NCBI GenBank assembly: GCA_963763105.1
Contig: CAVXMT010000006.1
Coordinates: 112,351 to 176,350 of the forward strand
Length of the DNA: 64,000 bases
Origin: an uncultured Candidatus Altimarinota bacterium
Lineage (GTDB): Bacteria; Patescibacteriota; Gracilibacteria; BD1-5; UBA2023
Reading direction: 5' to 3'
Shown here: in pieces, positions 22,353 to 34,868 of the stretch
Position numbering within the stretch: the stretch's first letter is position 1
Layout of the letters: each line of letters opens with the position of its first letter
Notes under the pieces: model-generated
Databases searched by the model: none
What the model was told of the DNA's origin: nothing
What the model saw: the letters and a program-made list of their open reading frames with translations, nothing else
Program-made: the position numbers and the translations under genes

Positions 22353-25300
22353 ATGCAGCACTCTCGAAACCCTGTGCAAAATACCTCTTCATGGTTTTCT
22401 TGGAAAAAGATTTTCTCACTAAAAAATATTCTTCGATTTTTTGGAATATGCCTTATTCTATGAGTTGTTGGAATCGGACTTACATGGATTATTTTCCTTC
22501 GAGGCGTTCCTTCGATCGAATCTCTTGAGCGTGGAGATTATTTTTGAGAAAGTACGGTAATCTATGATAAAGATAATAATCCTATATATACTCTCTTTAC
22601 GAATGGAAAACGCACATACGCAAAGTACAACGATATTTCAGAAAATATTATTAATGCTATGGTTAGCACAGAGGATAAGACATTTTTCGAAAATCCTGGT
22701 GTTGATATCAAATGACTTCTTCGTGCTGGAATAAACTATATTAGCGGAAAGACAGATCGAATTAAAGGAACTTCTACTCTTTCACAACAACTCATCAGCT
22801 ATACACTCCTTTCCAAGGAACGATCTATCAAGAGAAAAGTACAAGAAGCATATCTTTCATATGCACTCAATAATAATTACTCTAAAGAGAAAATACTAGA
22901 AATGTATCTGAACGCTATCTCTTTCTGATATAATGCCGATGGAATTGAAGAGGCATCAAAGACATATTTCGGAAAGAGTGCGAAGGATGTCTGACCACTT
23001 GGAGCATCGATTCTCGCTTCCCTTCCAAAATGACCAACATACTATTCTCCATACCTTCATAGAGATCGAATAATGTGAAAGGTATATGTCTATCCCGTAG
23101 ATGATCCTTCGAGTAGTATTTCTCTGGATACTATTCTAGCAAAAGAACAGTATAAATCACTCTATAGTAGTTTTCGATCATACTTGAGTGGAATAACAAT
23201 CGCAAGTAATAATGGTTCAATGGATATCTGTGGAGTAAATGTATCATATATTCGAGATACAAAATTCACTCCAAATAAAGAATGATGTATAAAAATCTGA
23301 CAAGATGATCTCCTTCTATTTTTTGGAGATATAATTATTCGAGAGAATATGACAGCATCATGAACAAATGGAAATTTTGCCCTTGAATATACTATAGGAC
23401 GTAAGGATTTTGTCGCTTCTCGCATGCTTGAAGATGGAAAAATCGATGGAAAAATCTTTAAAAATATTGTCTATGATGGACTCGAATTTACATTCAAAAA
23501 ATATAGTGAAAATATTCGATATCCATATTTTGTAATGTATATCAAAGAATATCTTGAGTCAAAGTATGGGAAAGATATTGATGTAACTGCTGGACTCAAG
23601 GTATATACTACCATTGATCCAAAGCTTCAAGATAAAGCGGAGGAACTCGTAAAAAAGCAAGTTGCTATAAATAAAGCACAATATGGCGCTACAAGTGCTG
23701 CTCTCGTGAGTATGGATAATAAGAGTGGTGGAATACTCTCAATGGTATGATGACCCGATTATTTTGACATAGAAAATGGAGGAAATAATAATATGATACT
23801 TGCGAAAAGACAACCTTGATCCTCATTTAAGCCAATTATCTATGCTCTTGCAATTTCGAAATATCCGATTGGACCAGAAAGTCCTGTAGCTGATGTAAAA
23901 ACAAGTTTCTGAAAGTATATACCGAATGATTATGATAATACATTTAAGGGTATTATGCCACTGCGAAAAGCTCTTGCTTGGTCTCGGAATATCCCTGCAG
24001 TAAAAATGTTCTATCTTGCAGGAAAAGAAGATGAGATAGTAAAATTCTGAAAAAGTATTGGACTTTCAACACTTCAGGAAAATGCCTGATATTGAGCACC
24101 TCTTGCTATTGGTTCTGCAGAAGTACGACCTATAGATCTTATGCAAGCATATAGTGTTCTTGCAAATGAATGAGTAAAACATGATGTCTATGCGGTAGAA
24201 AAAATTGAAGACAGTGATGGAAATATTTTGGAACAACATAAGGTTGTGGATTCTTCCCCATTATTCTCCCCTGCTGCAGCCTATATAACTACAAAGATTA
24301 TATCTGATGCGGATTCGCGGCCTGAAGGTTTTTGGAGGAATGCACTTACCATATCTGGCAGGAATATCGCAGCAAAGACCGGAACATCAAATAAAGAAAT
24401 ATGAAAAGATAAGATTCTTCCTCGCGATCTCTGGACTGCATGATACTCTCCACAAATTACGACGGTTGTATGGGCAGGGAATGTCTCTGGAAAAGAGACA
24501 AAGTGAACATGTGATGGACTCAATTGTGCTGCAGGCATATGGAAACCCTATATGGAATTCGCTCATAAAGATCTTCCAAAAGAAGACTGGAAAAAGCCAG
24601 ATGGCGTCTATAGCTATGTCATAGCAAAAGCAAGTGGAAAGCTTGCTACTACAGACACTCCTGATGATCAGAAAATATCCACAATAATGGCTGTAAAACT
24701 CACTGAATACGATAATGGATTCAAGGAAGAGAAAGTTGATACTCTCTGCAATGGTCCAGTCTCCGAGAATACTCCTCCTGGAGCTATAGGAACTCTATTA
24801 ATTCCAAGTGCAAGTCCAATTATTGATGGATATGACCCTGCTTGGACTGTTGGATTTTTCGAGGCAATCAATGCTATAAGCAATTGAAGTGGAGCTACAT
24901 CACCCATTCCTCGGTCAGATAAACCATGCGAGAGGCCAGGCGGTCCCGGAAACATTTCTATCAGTATAAATATTGCAGGAATCAATCCGAATGATACTAC
25001 TGAAGGGAAGAAAATCATCGAAGCATCTTGGATCGGTGACCGTCCTATCAAAAGCATCAAAATAAAATATGCGAATGAAGAAAAGCTTTCAAATGTATTT
25101 GAAAGCTGAGCAAAGATGACTGGATCAGCTCGCACAAGTATTGATCTTAAAAATGGTGATCATACGTTTATCGTCGAGATTAATGATATATATGGATTTA
25201 CTTATACGGAATCAAGAACCATCACTATAGGATGAATATCAAATAGTGGATGAAACCCGACTATAGCCCTTATTAATCCAAAAGAAGCAAATCCAAAAAT

Positions 25301-25544
25301 TAATCTCTATAGTGGCGATAATTTCAATCTCCGTTTTAGTGTCAATATTTCAACTTCAGCGCGAGAGATCGCAATCTTTATAGATGATAAAGTAGTTCAT
25401 AATGCTTCTGCGTGAGATCTTTTTATGATTCCAATTACTTCATCTTGACTCTCAGTATGATCTCATGTCCTTCGTATACAAGTGCTCGATGGAAATATGA
25501 ATAAGGCAGAAAAAAATATTCAGTTCACTATCCTTCCCAGGTAA
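22353..25544 (+). CDS. Class A penicillin-binding protein (glycosyltransferase plus transpeptidase) with a C-terminal extension of about 220 aa
   Basis: GT51 motifs STEDKTFFENPGVD and GTSTLSQQL. Transpeptidase motifs GSSFKP (G is TGA), SRN and KTGTS. All 1063 codons were checked for TAA/TAG. Confidence 0.9.
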
Positions 25545-25554
25545 TTTTTATATT

Positions 25555-26232
25555 ATGCAATTCTCTCATGTGAGTCTCGCTTATGGCGAACGAACAATTA
25601 TTAGACATATGAATCTCTCTATAGAAAAATGAGAATTTGTTTTTCTTATAGGAACTTCAGGAAGTGGAAAAACAAGTTTTATCAAGTGACTTATTGGGGC
25701 ACTAAAACCAAGAGAATGATATATCATGGATACAAAATGAAGAGATATTTATCTTCTGAATTCTTCTGATCTTCTCTCTTATAGACGAACTATTGGTGTT
25801 ATATTTCAGGACTTTAAGCTTCTTCCTCGAAAAACTGTTAGAGAAAATGTTGCATTTGCTATGGAAGTTTCTGGATACGATGCTCGAACTATCGCACACC
25901 GAGTTCCTGAAGTTCTTGCCCAAGTCGGACTTCTGACAAAAAAAGAAAAATTTATAGAATCACTCTCTGGATGAGAGCTTCAGCGAACAGCCATAGCACG
26001 AGCACTTATTCATAATCCAGAAATCATTATCGGTGATGAACCGACAGGAAATCTTGACCCAAAGAATGCTGAAGAAATTATAGAACTTCTCAAGGAACTC
26101 AATAAGATTGGAAAAACTATTATTATTGCAACGCATGATGATAGACTTGTTAATAGTCTTAAAAAACGTGTTATTGCTTTTTCTGATGGAAAAGTAGTTT
26201 CTGATGAGTATCCATGAACTTATATCCTCTAG
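25555..26232 (+). CDS. ftsE: Cell-division ABC ATPase FtsE
   Basis: GTSGSGKTS Walker [16 protein letters not shown] (G is TGA), and [11 protein letters not shown]. Confidence 0.85.
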
Positions 26233-26235
26233 ATT

Positions 26236-27786
26236 ATGCTCGACCCAAAAGAGTCTCTCTCTCGAAAATTCATCACAAAATGAGCTTGGCTTTATGCTTT
26301 TGTTTTTATTACTGCTCCTCTTGGATATGTCATGAGGATTATCCTCACGTGAGAATTGACACCGGAAGAGATTGGAATAATTTATGGAACTATTTCACTT
26401 TTAGCACTTGTTGGAGTATATACTGACTTTTGACTTACTGAAAGTCTCAATTATTTTCTCCCAAAATATCTCATAAAGAATGATTACGCTCGATCGAAAT
26501 ATCTTCTTCTTTTTACCCTCATTGCTCAGGTAAGTACAAGTACGCTTGTAAGTTTCTGACTTTATTTTTGAGCTTCTTTTCTTGCACAAGAATATTTCCA
26601 TACACTACATGCACAACCCGTAATACAAATATTCTCATTCTATTTTATAGGTGGTCATATATTACAAGTTATTAGTACATTTTTTAATGCGATTCAGAAT
26701 GTTAAATTACAAAAAAGCATTGAGCTCTTCCGAATGATAATGACTGTATGAGGAGCGCTTATTCTCTTATTTTCTGGAAACGGGAACATAGAGACGTATT
26801 CATGGATTTGGATACTGTGACTCTATTTCTGACTTATTCTTTGATGCTTCATTTTCTACTTCTCATATTATAAAGTATATCTCACCCTTCCTATCAAAAA
26901 GGATCTTATCCTCCGAAAAGATCTAATTCATTATTCTCTTTGAACACTTTTCTCTGCTAATGTAAGTACAGTGCTCCATCAGCTCGATATGCAATTTGTT
27001 ACCTATTTTTTATGAGTATATGATACTGGTATCTATTCCATATACTTAGCACTTGTAGGAATTCCATTTATTTTCCTTTGACCTCTTATTGGATTTCTCT
27101 ATCCGGTTATCTCAGAAATCTGAGGGCGTTCTGAATTAGAAAAAATAAAGACGATTTATTCCATCTTTTCGACTCATCTTTCTATTATCATGCTTTGGAT
27201 ATCAGGAATTTTTTTTCTGATCGGATGAGATATAGTCACCCTGCTCTTTTGAGAAAAATTTATTGAGTCAGGGATCGCACTTGCATTTATTGCACCTTTT
27301 CTTTTTCTCAATGTCTTGATTCAGATAAATTTCCAGATTCTCTGATGACTCGGGTACGTTAAGAAACGTATAAAAGTGCTTATTTGGACTGTTCTCTTCA
27401 GTGTACCCGTAAGTCTGATTTGTATTCTTGGATATAAATATCATTCTATTCCATTTCCAAGTGGATCTGCTGCAGCATCATTCGCTGTTGGAATCTCATG
27501 GGTATTATTATGGGTACTCAGCTATAGAGCAGTCCGCGAATATGCCCATTGATTCCTTTGGTGAATATTCTCTAGAAATTTCATTATTGTTTGGATTCTC
27601 AGCATTCTCCTCACTCTATTTCCATTCTATAAAAATATCCATATGGGATTCTCAGGAAGATTTATCTCTCTTCCAGCAATCTGATTTGTTTTATTGGGTT
27701 CTTTGATTATATTTCTTGTGGTGAATTTCCGACAAATAAAACAGTTCATGCAGACAATCCGAAATGTTCGTAATTGAAATCTTTAA
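26236..27786 (+). CDS. MOP-superfamily flippase (Wzx/SpoVB/MurJ-like)
   Basis: 516 aa with at least 12 predicted TM helices. LTPEEIGIIYGTISL is a typical polysaccharide-biosynthesis N-terminal motif. 21 in-frame TGAs. Fully translated. Confidence 0.75.
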
Positions 27787-27804
27787 ATAATCTTCTTTTT
27801 CTAT

Positions 27805-30800
27805 ATGGCTCAACTTATTTTTGCAAGTATTGGATTTGTTGTCTGGGGTATTTCTATAATACTCATGTATTATTCAAAATCTTATAGTGGTATTGATCAT
27901 ATAGAATCAACGACAAATTTATGAGGATATCTTATGACTATTCTCTTCTTTTACGCTATTTATAAGGGATATACGCTTCTTCTTTCTCCAAAGAAGAAAA
28001 TAAAAATCTGATTCTTTGGCATTCTCTGAGGAATTTTCTTACACATACTCATACTCTCATGATTCTATTCTTCTTTTCCTGAGGTGGTACAAAGCCCACT
28101 CATGTGATGAGCTATTCCAAGTAGTGTCACGCTTTTTATTCATATCATCTCTCTTCTTATTTATCCTCTCATTCTTGTCTTTTTGACTCGAAGTGTAGGG
28201 TACACTCTTCTTCATTTCATTTTCCAAGATTGGAGAAAAGAGGATATGCGTATCAGAGTAATCATAGAAATATCTCTTGGATTTCTTATATTTAGTAGTT
28301 TTCTTTTGATATTCTGAATGTTTTGAATGTATAATCTTAATACGCTCTACATTATACTCGGGATAATGACTATGATAGGATATCGCTGACACAAGGAAAC
28401 CTATCAAGATATAAGAACACGCTATGTTGAGATAGAGAATCATAATCTTGATGGATCTCTCATAGAAACCATGAATCTTAAGCTCATTTCTATAGAATTT
28501 TGATTCTTATTTCTGACACTTATTCTTAGTGTTTCTCTGATCAATATAATTCGTCCTATGCCTATTGGCTGGGATGATCTTGGGGTTTATATGAATATTC
28601 CAAAAATGATAGCAACTTCCTGAGAACTTCTTCAGTGAGGCGGTCTTTATCCATGGCAACTTATTACAGGAACATGATTTTTCTTTTCCTATACAGCAGC
28701 TCAGGCATTTTTCGTCAATCAGCTTGGATGAATTCTTGCTGTCATGGCTCTTATATGTAGTCTCTCATATATCTTTGAGGGGAAGAATAGAAAATCTCTT
28801 CTCTCTCTTCCTGTTCTTCTTGCTGCAGTCTACTATGTCATGCCAATGACTGTTTTCCAGCAAGCAAAAGATATGAAGCTTGACCCTGCACTCTTGTTCT
28901 TTAGCATTAGTGCTTTTATATGAATCTTTTCTCTTTGGAAAGAAGAATACACAAACAAAAGAGTCTTTACTATTCTTTTTATTTCTGGTCTTCTCGTGGG
29001 ATTTGCTTTTTGAGTGAAGATAACAACACTCATGCTTATTCTTTGAGGACTCGGGCTTATTGCCTATAGATATCTTTCATTTCTTGGATATATCTGATTC
29101 TTTTCTTTTTTCATCGCTCTATTTACCTATTGAAATCTCTGGGCAAAACTGAATGTAATATTACCAAATGATTCACTCTTTATAAGAAGCACTACTCTTA
29201 TATTTTTATTTATTGGTATTATATCTTTTGCATGGGCCATCTATTCTCAGAAATCAAAACAATGACAGTTTTATAATTGGCTTATTGCAAGTATCGTTTT
29301 TATTCTTGGAATTGTGGTAAGTCTTTCTCCTTGGTTCATTAAGAACTATCAAGAAGCTCAAATACTCTCTATAGACAGTCTTATTGGATGATCATGATGA
29401 ACTACTCTGTATGATTACAAGCAGTTCTATACAAAGGAGGAACTTACCATTATAGAAAAGCAAGCCATGGAATGAATAACGAAAGATGGGCAATCCCAGA
29501 ATGAAGACATGGGAAGATATTTCTGATATGATAGTGGTATTAATAACTATCTCAAGCTTCCGGCAAATCTCACTTTCCAGAAAAACCAAAGTGGTGAATT
29601 TACGGATATTACTTATATATTCCTCGCTCTTGTTCCATGACTTCTTCTTTTTGTACGATCACGAAAATATATTTTCTTGTATACTGGAGCTATTCTTCTT
29701 TGAGGTATGTTGTTGTATTACTTTATACCGACAACATCAGCATCGATTACTGCACTTTTCAATACTATTAGTCTTGGGAACTGACTCTGATATGCAATCA
29801 TACTTTGACTCAATATTCTTTATCTCACTCTTGCTCATTATTTTATCGAAGATAGTCCTCAAAATAAGAAACTCAAAGATATTCTTATGTTTATGTGAGT
29901 ATATGGATTTATTTTTATGATAAGTGCCTTTGGAATTGTCTGGTATGGTATTATGATTTACTTCTGATTCTTCCTGATTATTGGACTCTCAGCAACTTCA
30001 TTCCTCGAATATGACAATGAGGAAGAGAAAAACAGTGATCTTATAGGAATAAAGCTCACTCTTGCTGCTATTCTTTTTATCTTTATCGCCGTTTATTTCT
30101 TTCGCTCAGGACTTCCTCATGCGTGGAATAATCTCAAGAGTGCTTATTATAACGAATATAAATACAATATACTTTCCCAAGAAGAGTCTATCTTTGCTTA
30201 TAGAAGTGACTACCTCTTACCTATAGCTACGATGAATCTCAAGGATATTGGAAAACTCTTTGATTGATTTGAAGGGAAAATGGTGTCAAAAGAAATGAAG
30301 TCATTCGTAGCAAGTCCTGAATTCAAAGATGTAGATATTGAGAAACTTCATTCTCTTATTATGCAATATAGAAATTCAAAAGATGCCTCCATGAGAAAAG
30401 ATATGCATACACTTGGTCAATATATCTACTCTTATATTCTCTATCCACCAAAGGAAAATAAAAATACAGGATGAATCTATAGAATTGGTACATTTATGAC
30501 ATATCTTATCAATGATAATAGAAAAAGATATTTAGAGGATAGCCTTATTTCTACATTCGGTGATTATTTCTATAATAAGAATCCTGAAGTGACTATCGAT
30601 CGTATGAAGAAGGTAGGACTCAAATATCTTCTCATGGATCTCAATGCTGCGACTATCGATCGTGATCCTCGTAGGGCCCTCACGACACGATTCGAGAAGC
30701 TTCTTTTGACGACAACTGCAAAAAATCTGAGACTTGTCCGAACTGATAATTTCTGTCTTGAGCTTGCAATTAATGAAAGGGCAAAATGAAAACTAGAGAC

Positions 30801-31146
30801 GGATCAAGAATTTATCGATATAGCAGGAACAAACTATGAGTCATATCGTGATGGTAAGAGTATAAATAGAGGCCAAAAGATGGCACAATGTCAGGCATAT
30901 ATCATCAAAATGATGAATGATAATACCATTGCTGATTATCCAATTATTGAGACTATAAAAAAAGAAATTGTTGCAGCGAATGCAAATCAAGATGTTAGAA
31001 AAATCCAAGAAATTCTCACAAAATACACTGGACAAAGCTGGTTTGCTCTCTTCGAGATTATAGATACTCCAGCATCATCTTCATTATCATGAAGTGGTAC
31101 AACAGCATCATGAGCAATTTCTTCTTCATCTGGAAATACAAAATAA
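27805..31146 (+). CDS. Very large (1113 aa) polytopic membrane protein, possibly a GT-C-fold glycosyltransferase, with a soluble C-terminal domain
   Basis: A single frame free of TAA/TAG, checked codon by codon. The many TM helices carry a loop RPMPIGWDDLGVYMN. A Ser/Gly-rich tail ends at TAA. Confidence 0.7.
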
Positions 31147-31177
31147 ATATCTCGAACCTCTCAAAAAAACTCCCAGA

Positions 31178-32468
31178 CTATTCTGGGAGTTTTTGTATAG
31201 CCTCACGAAACTGATTCGCTCGATCAAGATAGTCTCGAAAAAGTCCAAAGCTCGCACATCCAGGCGATAGCATAAGAATATCTCCATCACTTCCCTGTTT
31301 ATAGAGCCAACTTACTCCATCTACGAGAATATCTGTACTCAAATAGGGAATATTCGATTGTTTGGCGATTTCGATAAATTGATTCTTTGTCGCACCAATG
31401 CATACCATCGCCTTAACCCGAGAAACAAATAATGGAGCAAGATAGGTAAAACTATCTCATTTATCAGAACCTCAGACGATCAATAATAAATTATTCATTG
31501 TCCATTGTCCATTGTCCATTGGCATATATGATCCAAGTGCTGCCTCAAGGCTCTGACTTGAAGTTGACTTTGAATCTTCGACAAAAGTAATTCATCTTTT
31601 TTCTCCAATAGTTTCTAATCTATGCGGAAGGTCACATAATCAATTTTAGATACTCTTTTGTGCGTTTTGAGCATATCTTCATCTCATTCATGACAAGAGT
31701 GCTTGCGAGAATATTCATTGCGTTATGCTGCCCCGAAAAATGCGTCTCAGAAAGGAGATATCTTTTTCTTCCAGATATTTTTATATTCTCACCATCAGTC
31801 GAATCCCGAAGAGAAATATCGTTTCCAAACGTTCGAATATTCTCTGGTATATTTATATTGAGTTTATTTTCTCATGCAAACTTAATTACTTGATTATTGA
31901 TAATAGAGCTTTTTTTTGTATGATGAATGAGATTCATTTTCGCATCAAGATATTCTTGAATATTTCCATGCCAATTGAGATGATCAGACTTGAGATTGGT
32001 AAAAATCGAATATTCTGGCGAAAATCTCTCGAGTGAATATGACATGAAGCTCGATACCTCTACGACGATATATCCTCGTTTTTGCTTCTTCGTGAGAATC
32101 TCCCGAACAGTCGCAGAAAATGGGATATCAAAATTCCCCGAAATATAGACTTTCTTCTCTCCGTATTCAGCCTTCAGAAGATTATAGAGAATCCATGATG
32201 TCGTAGATTTGCCATCTGTGCCAGTAACTGCTATAATGGTGAAGTCCTTTGGTAAAAATTGATATGCGAAATCAAGCTCCGAGATAATCTTCCCACTCTG
32301 ATAGATCCTATGAGATGCAGGAACTCCTGGTGATGGAATAATCTTCTCATAGCGATCAAATGAACTTGGCATATCACTATCATCATGAATCTCATACGGG
32401 ATTCATCGAAAATCACAGAGAGCTCCAACAGCAGAGCCAACTTTTCACTTTCAGTAAATCAATGTCAT
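31178..32468 (-). CDS. murD: UDP-N-acetylmuramoylalanine-D-glutamate ligase, interrupted by a +1 frameshift near 31634
   Basis: The N-terminal part (GTDGKSTT, ..NLKSDHLNWHG..) is in one frame and ends at TAG 31620-31622. The C-terminal part (LPHRLE..EDSKSTS..LSPGCASFGLF) is in the +1 frame. Total length is 3n+1. Confidence 0.85.
31496..31521. repeat. Heptanucleotide tandem repeat (CATTGTC) x3 plus a partial copy, inside murD
   Basis: Read directly from the sequence. It encodes ..PMDNGQWTM.. in the murD C-terminal frame. Confidence 0.9.
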
Positions 32469-32512
32469 AGATTTTACTATAATGAGTTTACCTCAAAATC
32501 AAAATATTTCAT

Positions 32513-34186
32513 ATGCAAAATAAGTCTGTAGAACATAATACTGATGAGGAAGGAAGCTTAACAAGTAGAATTGATCAACTCAGGTGAAGTATTAGTGAAC
32601 AAACTATAAAAAATACGGAAGATCGTTATAGCAAGATATGTTCCATAACAACCCTTGAGCAATTGAAGTGAGAAATTCGTAGATGTTTTCCAAAAAATGA
32701 GCATAAAATAATTAGAGATTTTTTTATAGACCATCCGGTATGCTGGACTGACATGCAAAGAAAAATTCATGCCTTTAAAAAGTATGACAATGAAAAGAAG
32801 AGGTGGTATATAGAAGATCAACATCTCTGAGATATATATGCATCATTTCTTATTCGTGGAAGAAAGAGTGACATATGAGAAAAGCTTCGTGTCTTACTCC
32901 CAGTTGCTGTTACCGAAAATCAAGAGCTTATGATATTTGCATGAGCTCAGCCTTCTTTGCTGGATGAATGATGATTCATGTTCAGTAAAATATCTTCAAG
33001 AAATAGAAAATGACATATCAAGAAACTGATATCAAATTGATTGATTCGAAATCTGGATAACTTTACATATGAGAACGTCGGTGACTATATAACTACCATT
33101 CTTCCAAAACTTCTCTCTAGCATAAAAGAAATATTTGGTAAAAATATCCATCTCACCTATTGTAAAACATTTGATGATCTAGTACGAACGCTTGATAAGA
33201 TGCTTGCATCATCGCATGGGGAAGAAAGAGAAAATGCCTTTCGTTTGATTCAGTCATTTCATGCATGGTCAAGTATTGAAGAAATAGAAAGATTCCATAC
33301 TCTTGCTCGAGAAAAGATAGAGCAGATACCAAGAAAGCTTAAGGAACTGTGATTTATTATAGAATGAGATCCAGATATTGTGAGTCATAATGATGCAACC
33401 ATATATCAGTCAAGAGTAAATTATCAATGAAAATCATATCGTATTGAATGGAGGGTCAAAACAGTCAAGAGCATACTACAAAAGATGTGGGAAACTGAAG
33501 AATATACGAACAAGGATGCTATTAGAGATATGATATGAATATCCATCATCTGGGCAGATGATACTCCTCTTGATGAGAAAAAAAATATCATCATACGATT
33601 TTGAAAACTTATGCCTGACTTCTGATATTTACTCAAAGATAAATGATGACTATGAGATGAACTTCAATCCGTCACAAAATCTCTCAAAGAACATAAAAAA
33701 AATCCAGTGCATGTGTCATTCAAGTTAAAGGATACTTCAAATCCTCATATCAAAAATACAAGTATAAGTGGTTTTGTATCGCTCTGATGAGAAAATCTCT
33801 GAACTGAGATTCAGTTTTCAAATGAATCATCTGCTGATTGGAAGAAGAAAGATGATCAAGTATATAAACCAAAAGGGATGCTCAAGGTTCTCATGCGTGG
33901 ACCAAAGTTTGCCACTCCAAAGGATTGCTATGACCTTATCAATGAACGAATCAAGCCAGGAACTCTCGCTGAACTACGACACGATAGTATCAATTCTATG
34001 ATCTTATCATACATAGAGAATGAGAATTTTCTTATTCCCCATGTTTCTGAAGGTGCTAAAGAACTACTCATAACTTGTATTGCAAAGGAACAAGATTTTA
34101 AAATCAGATTTCCAAACATGCAAAGATGTAATAAATGAGATAAATACTACAGCAAAGTGAAAAATCGTATATCCCAGCTAAAGTAG
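32513..34186 (+). CDS. Large protein with a divergent RelA/SpoT-type nucleotidyltransferase (alarmone-synthetase-like) core
   Basis: 557 aa. IEWRVKTVKSILQKM, AIRDMIGISII, ..GTEIQF.. and ..QVYKPK follow the RVKS..SI..K / D..G.R / EIQ.RT / YK order of RelA_SpoT domains. Confidence 0.6.
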
Positions 34187-34861
34187 ATCTCTCCTTTTCA
34201 TCCACCCGTGGAATTTTCGCGCTGCCTTCTTCCCCGGATCGATAATGTCTGGAGTCTTACTTTTGTGAACTTGTTGCCACACTCACTCGATACTCCCACA
34301 AATGAGAGGATAGTGCGTGCATCCAAGCACTAGTGCCTCGATGTCTGGAGAAAACTGAGATAAATATTCCTGTAATAATAAATCAATTTCTTCTCAGGAA
34401 GTAATTCCTGCCTCGATAAGCTGTACAAGTCATGGTGCTCCGACTTCCTCGACAATTACACTATCGTCAAGAATATGTACTCGTTCTTTGTACATTCGTG
34501 TTCGTACTGTCGCCTCCGTCGCAAGGACTCATACTTTTCGATATCATCACTCGACTATAGCTTCAGCACCAGGAACAGTGACCCCGAGAATATGTCGTCC
34601 TACAAAAACTTCTTGCTGTATCCAGCGAAGCGCATGAACACTTGCCGTATTACAGGCAAGAATCACAATATCAGCTCATCGTGCATGAAGTCTTTCTACA
34701 CCTTTTTTGGTCAATGCGCGAATTTCTTCTCCATCTTTTCATCAATAGGGTGCATTCTCCCTATCCATTTCGAGAATCATTTCTATCTCAGGAAATTCCT
34801 TCTGGAATGCTTCCATGACTACCTTACCACCAAGTCATGAGTCAAAAAATCAGAGAATCAT
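34178..34861 (-). CDS. murI: Glutamate racemase
   Basis: ILGFFDSGLGG (two TGAs), ILACNTAS and LGCTHYP. Stop is TAG. It overlaps the convergent gene's 3' end by 9 nt. Confidence 0.9.
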
Positions 34862-34868
34862 AGAACAA

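Noticed and set aside
26236-27786. Calling the gene after ftsE ftsX.
   Set aside because: At 516 aa with at least 12 TM helices and a Wzx/SpoVB-type N-terminal motif, it is incompatible with the 4-TM FtsX architecture.
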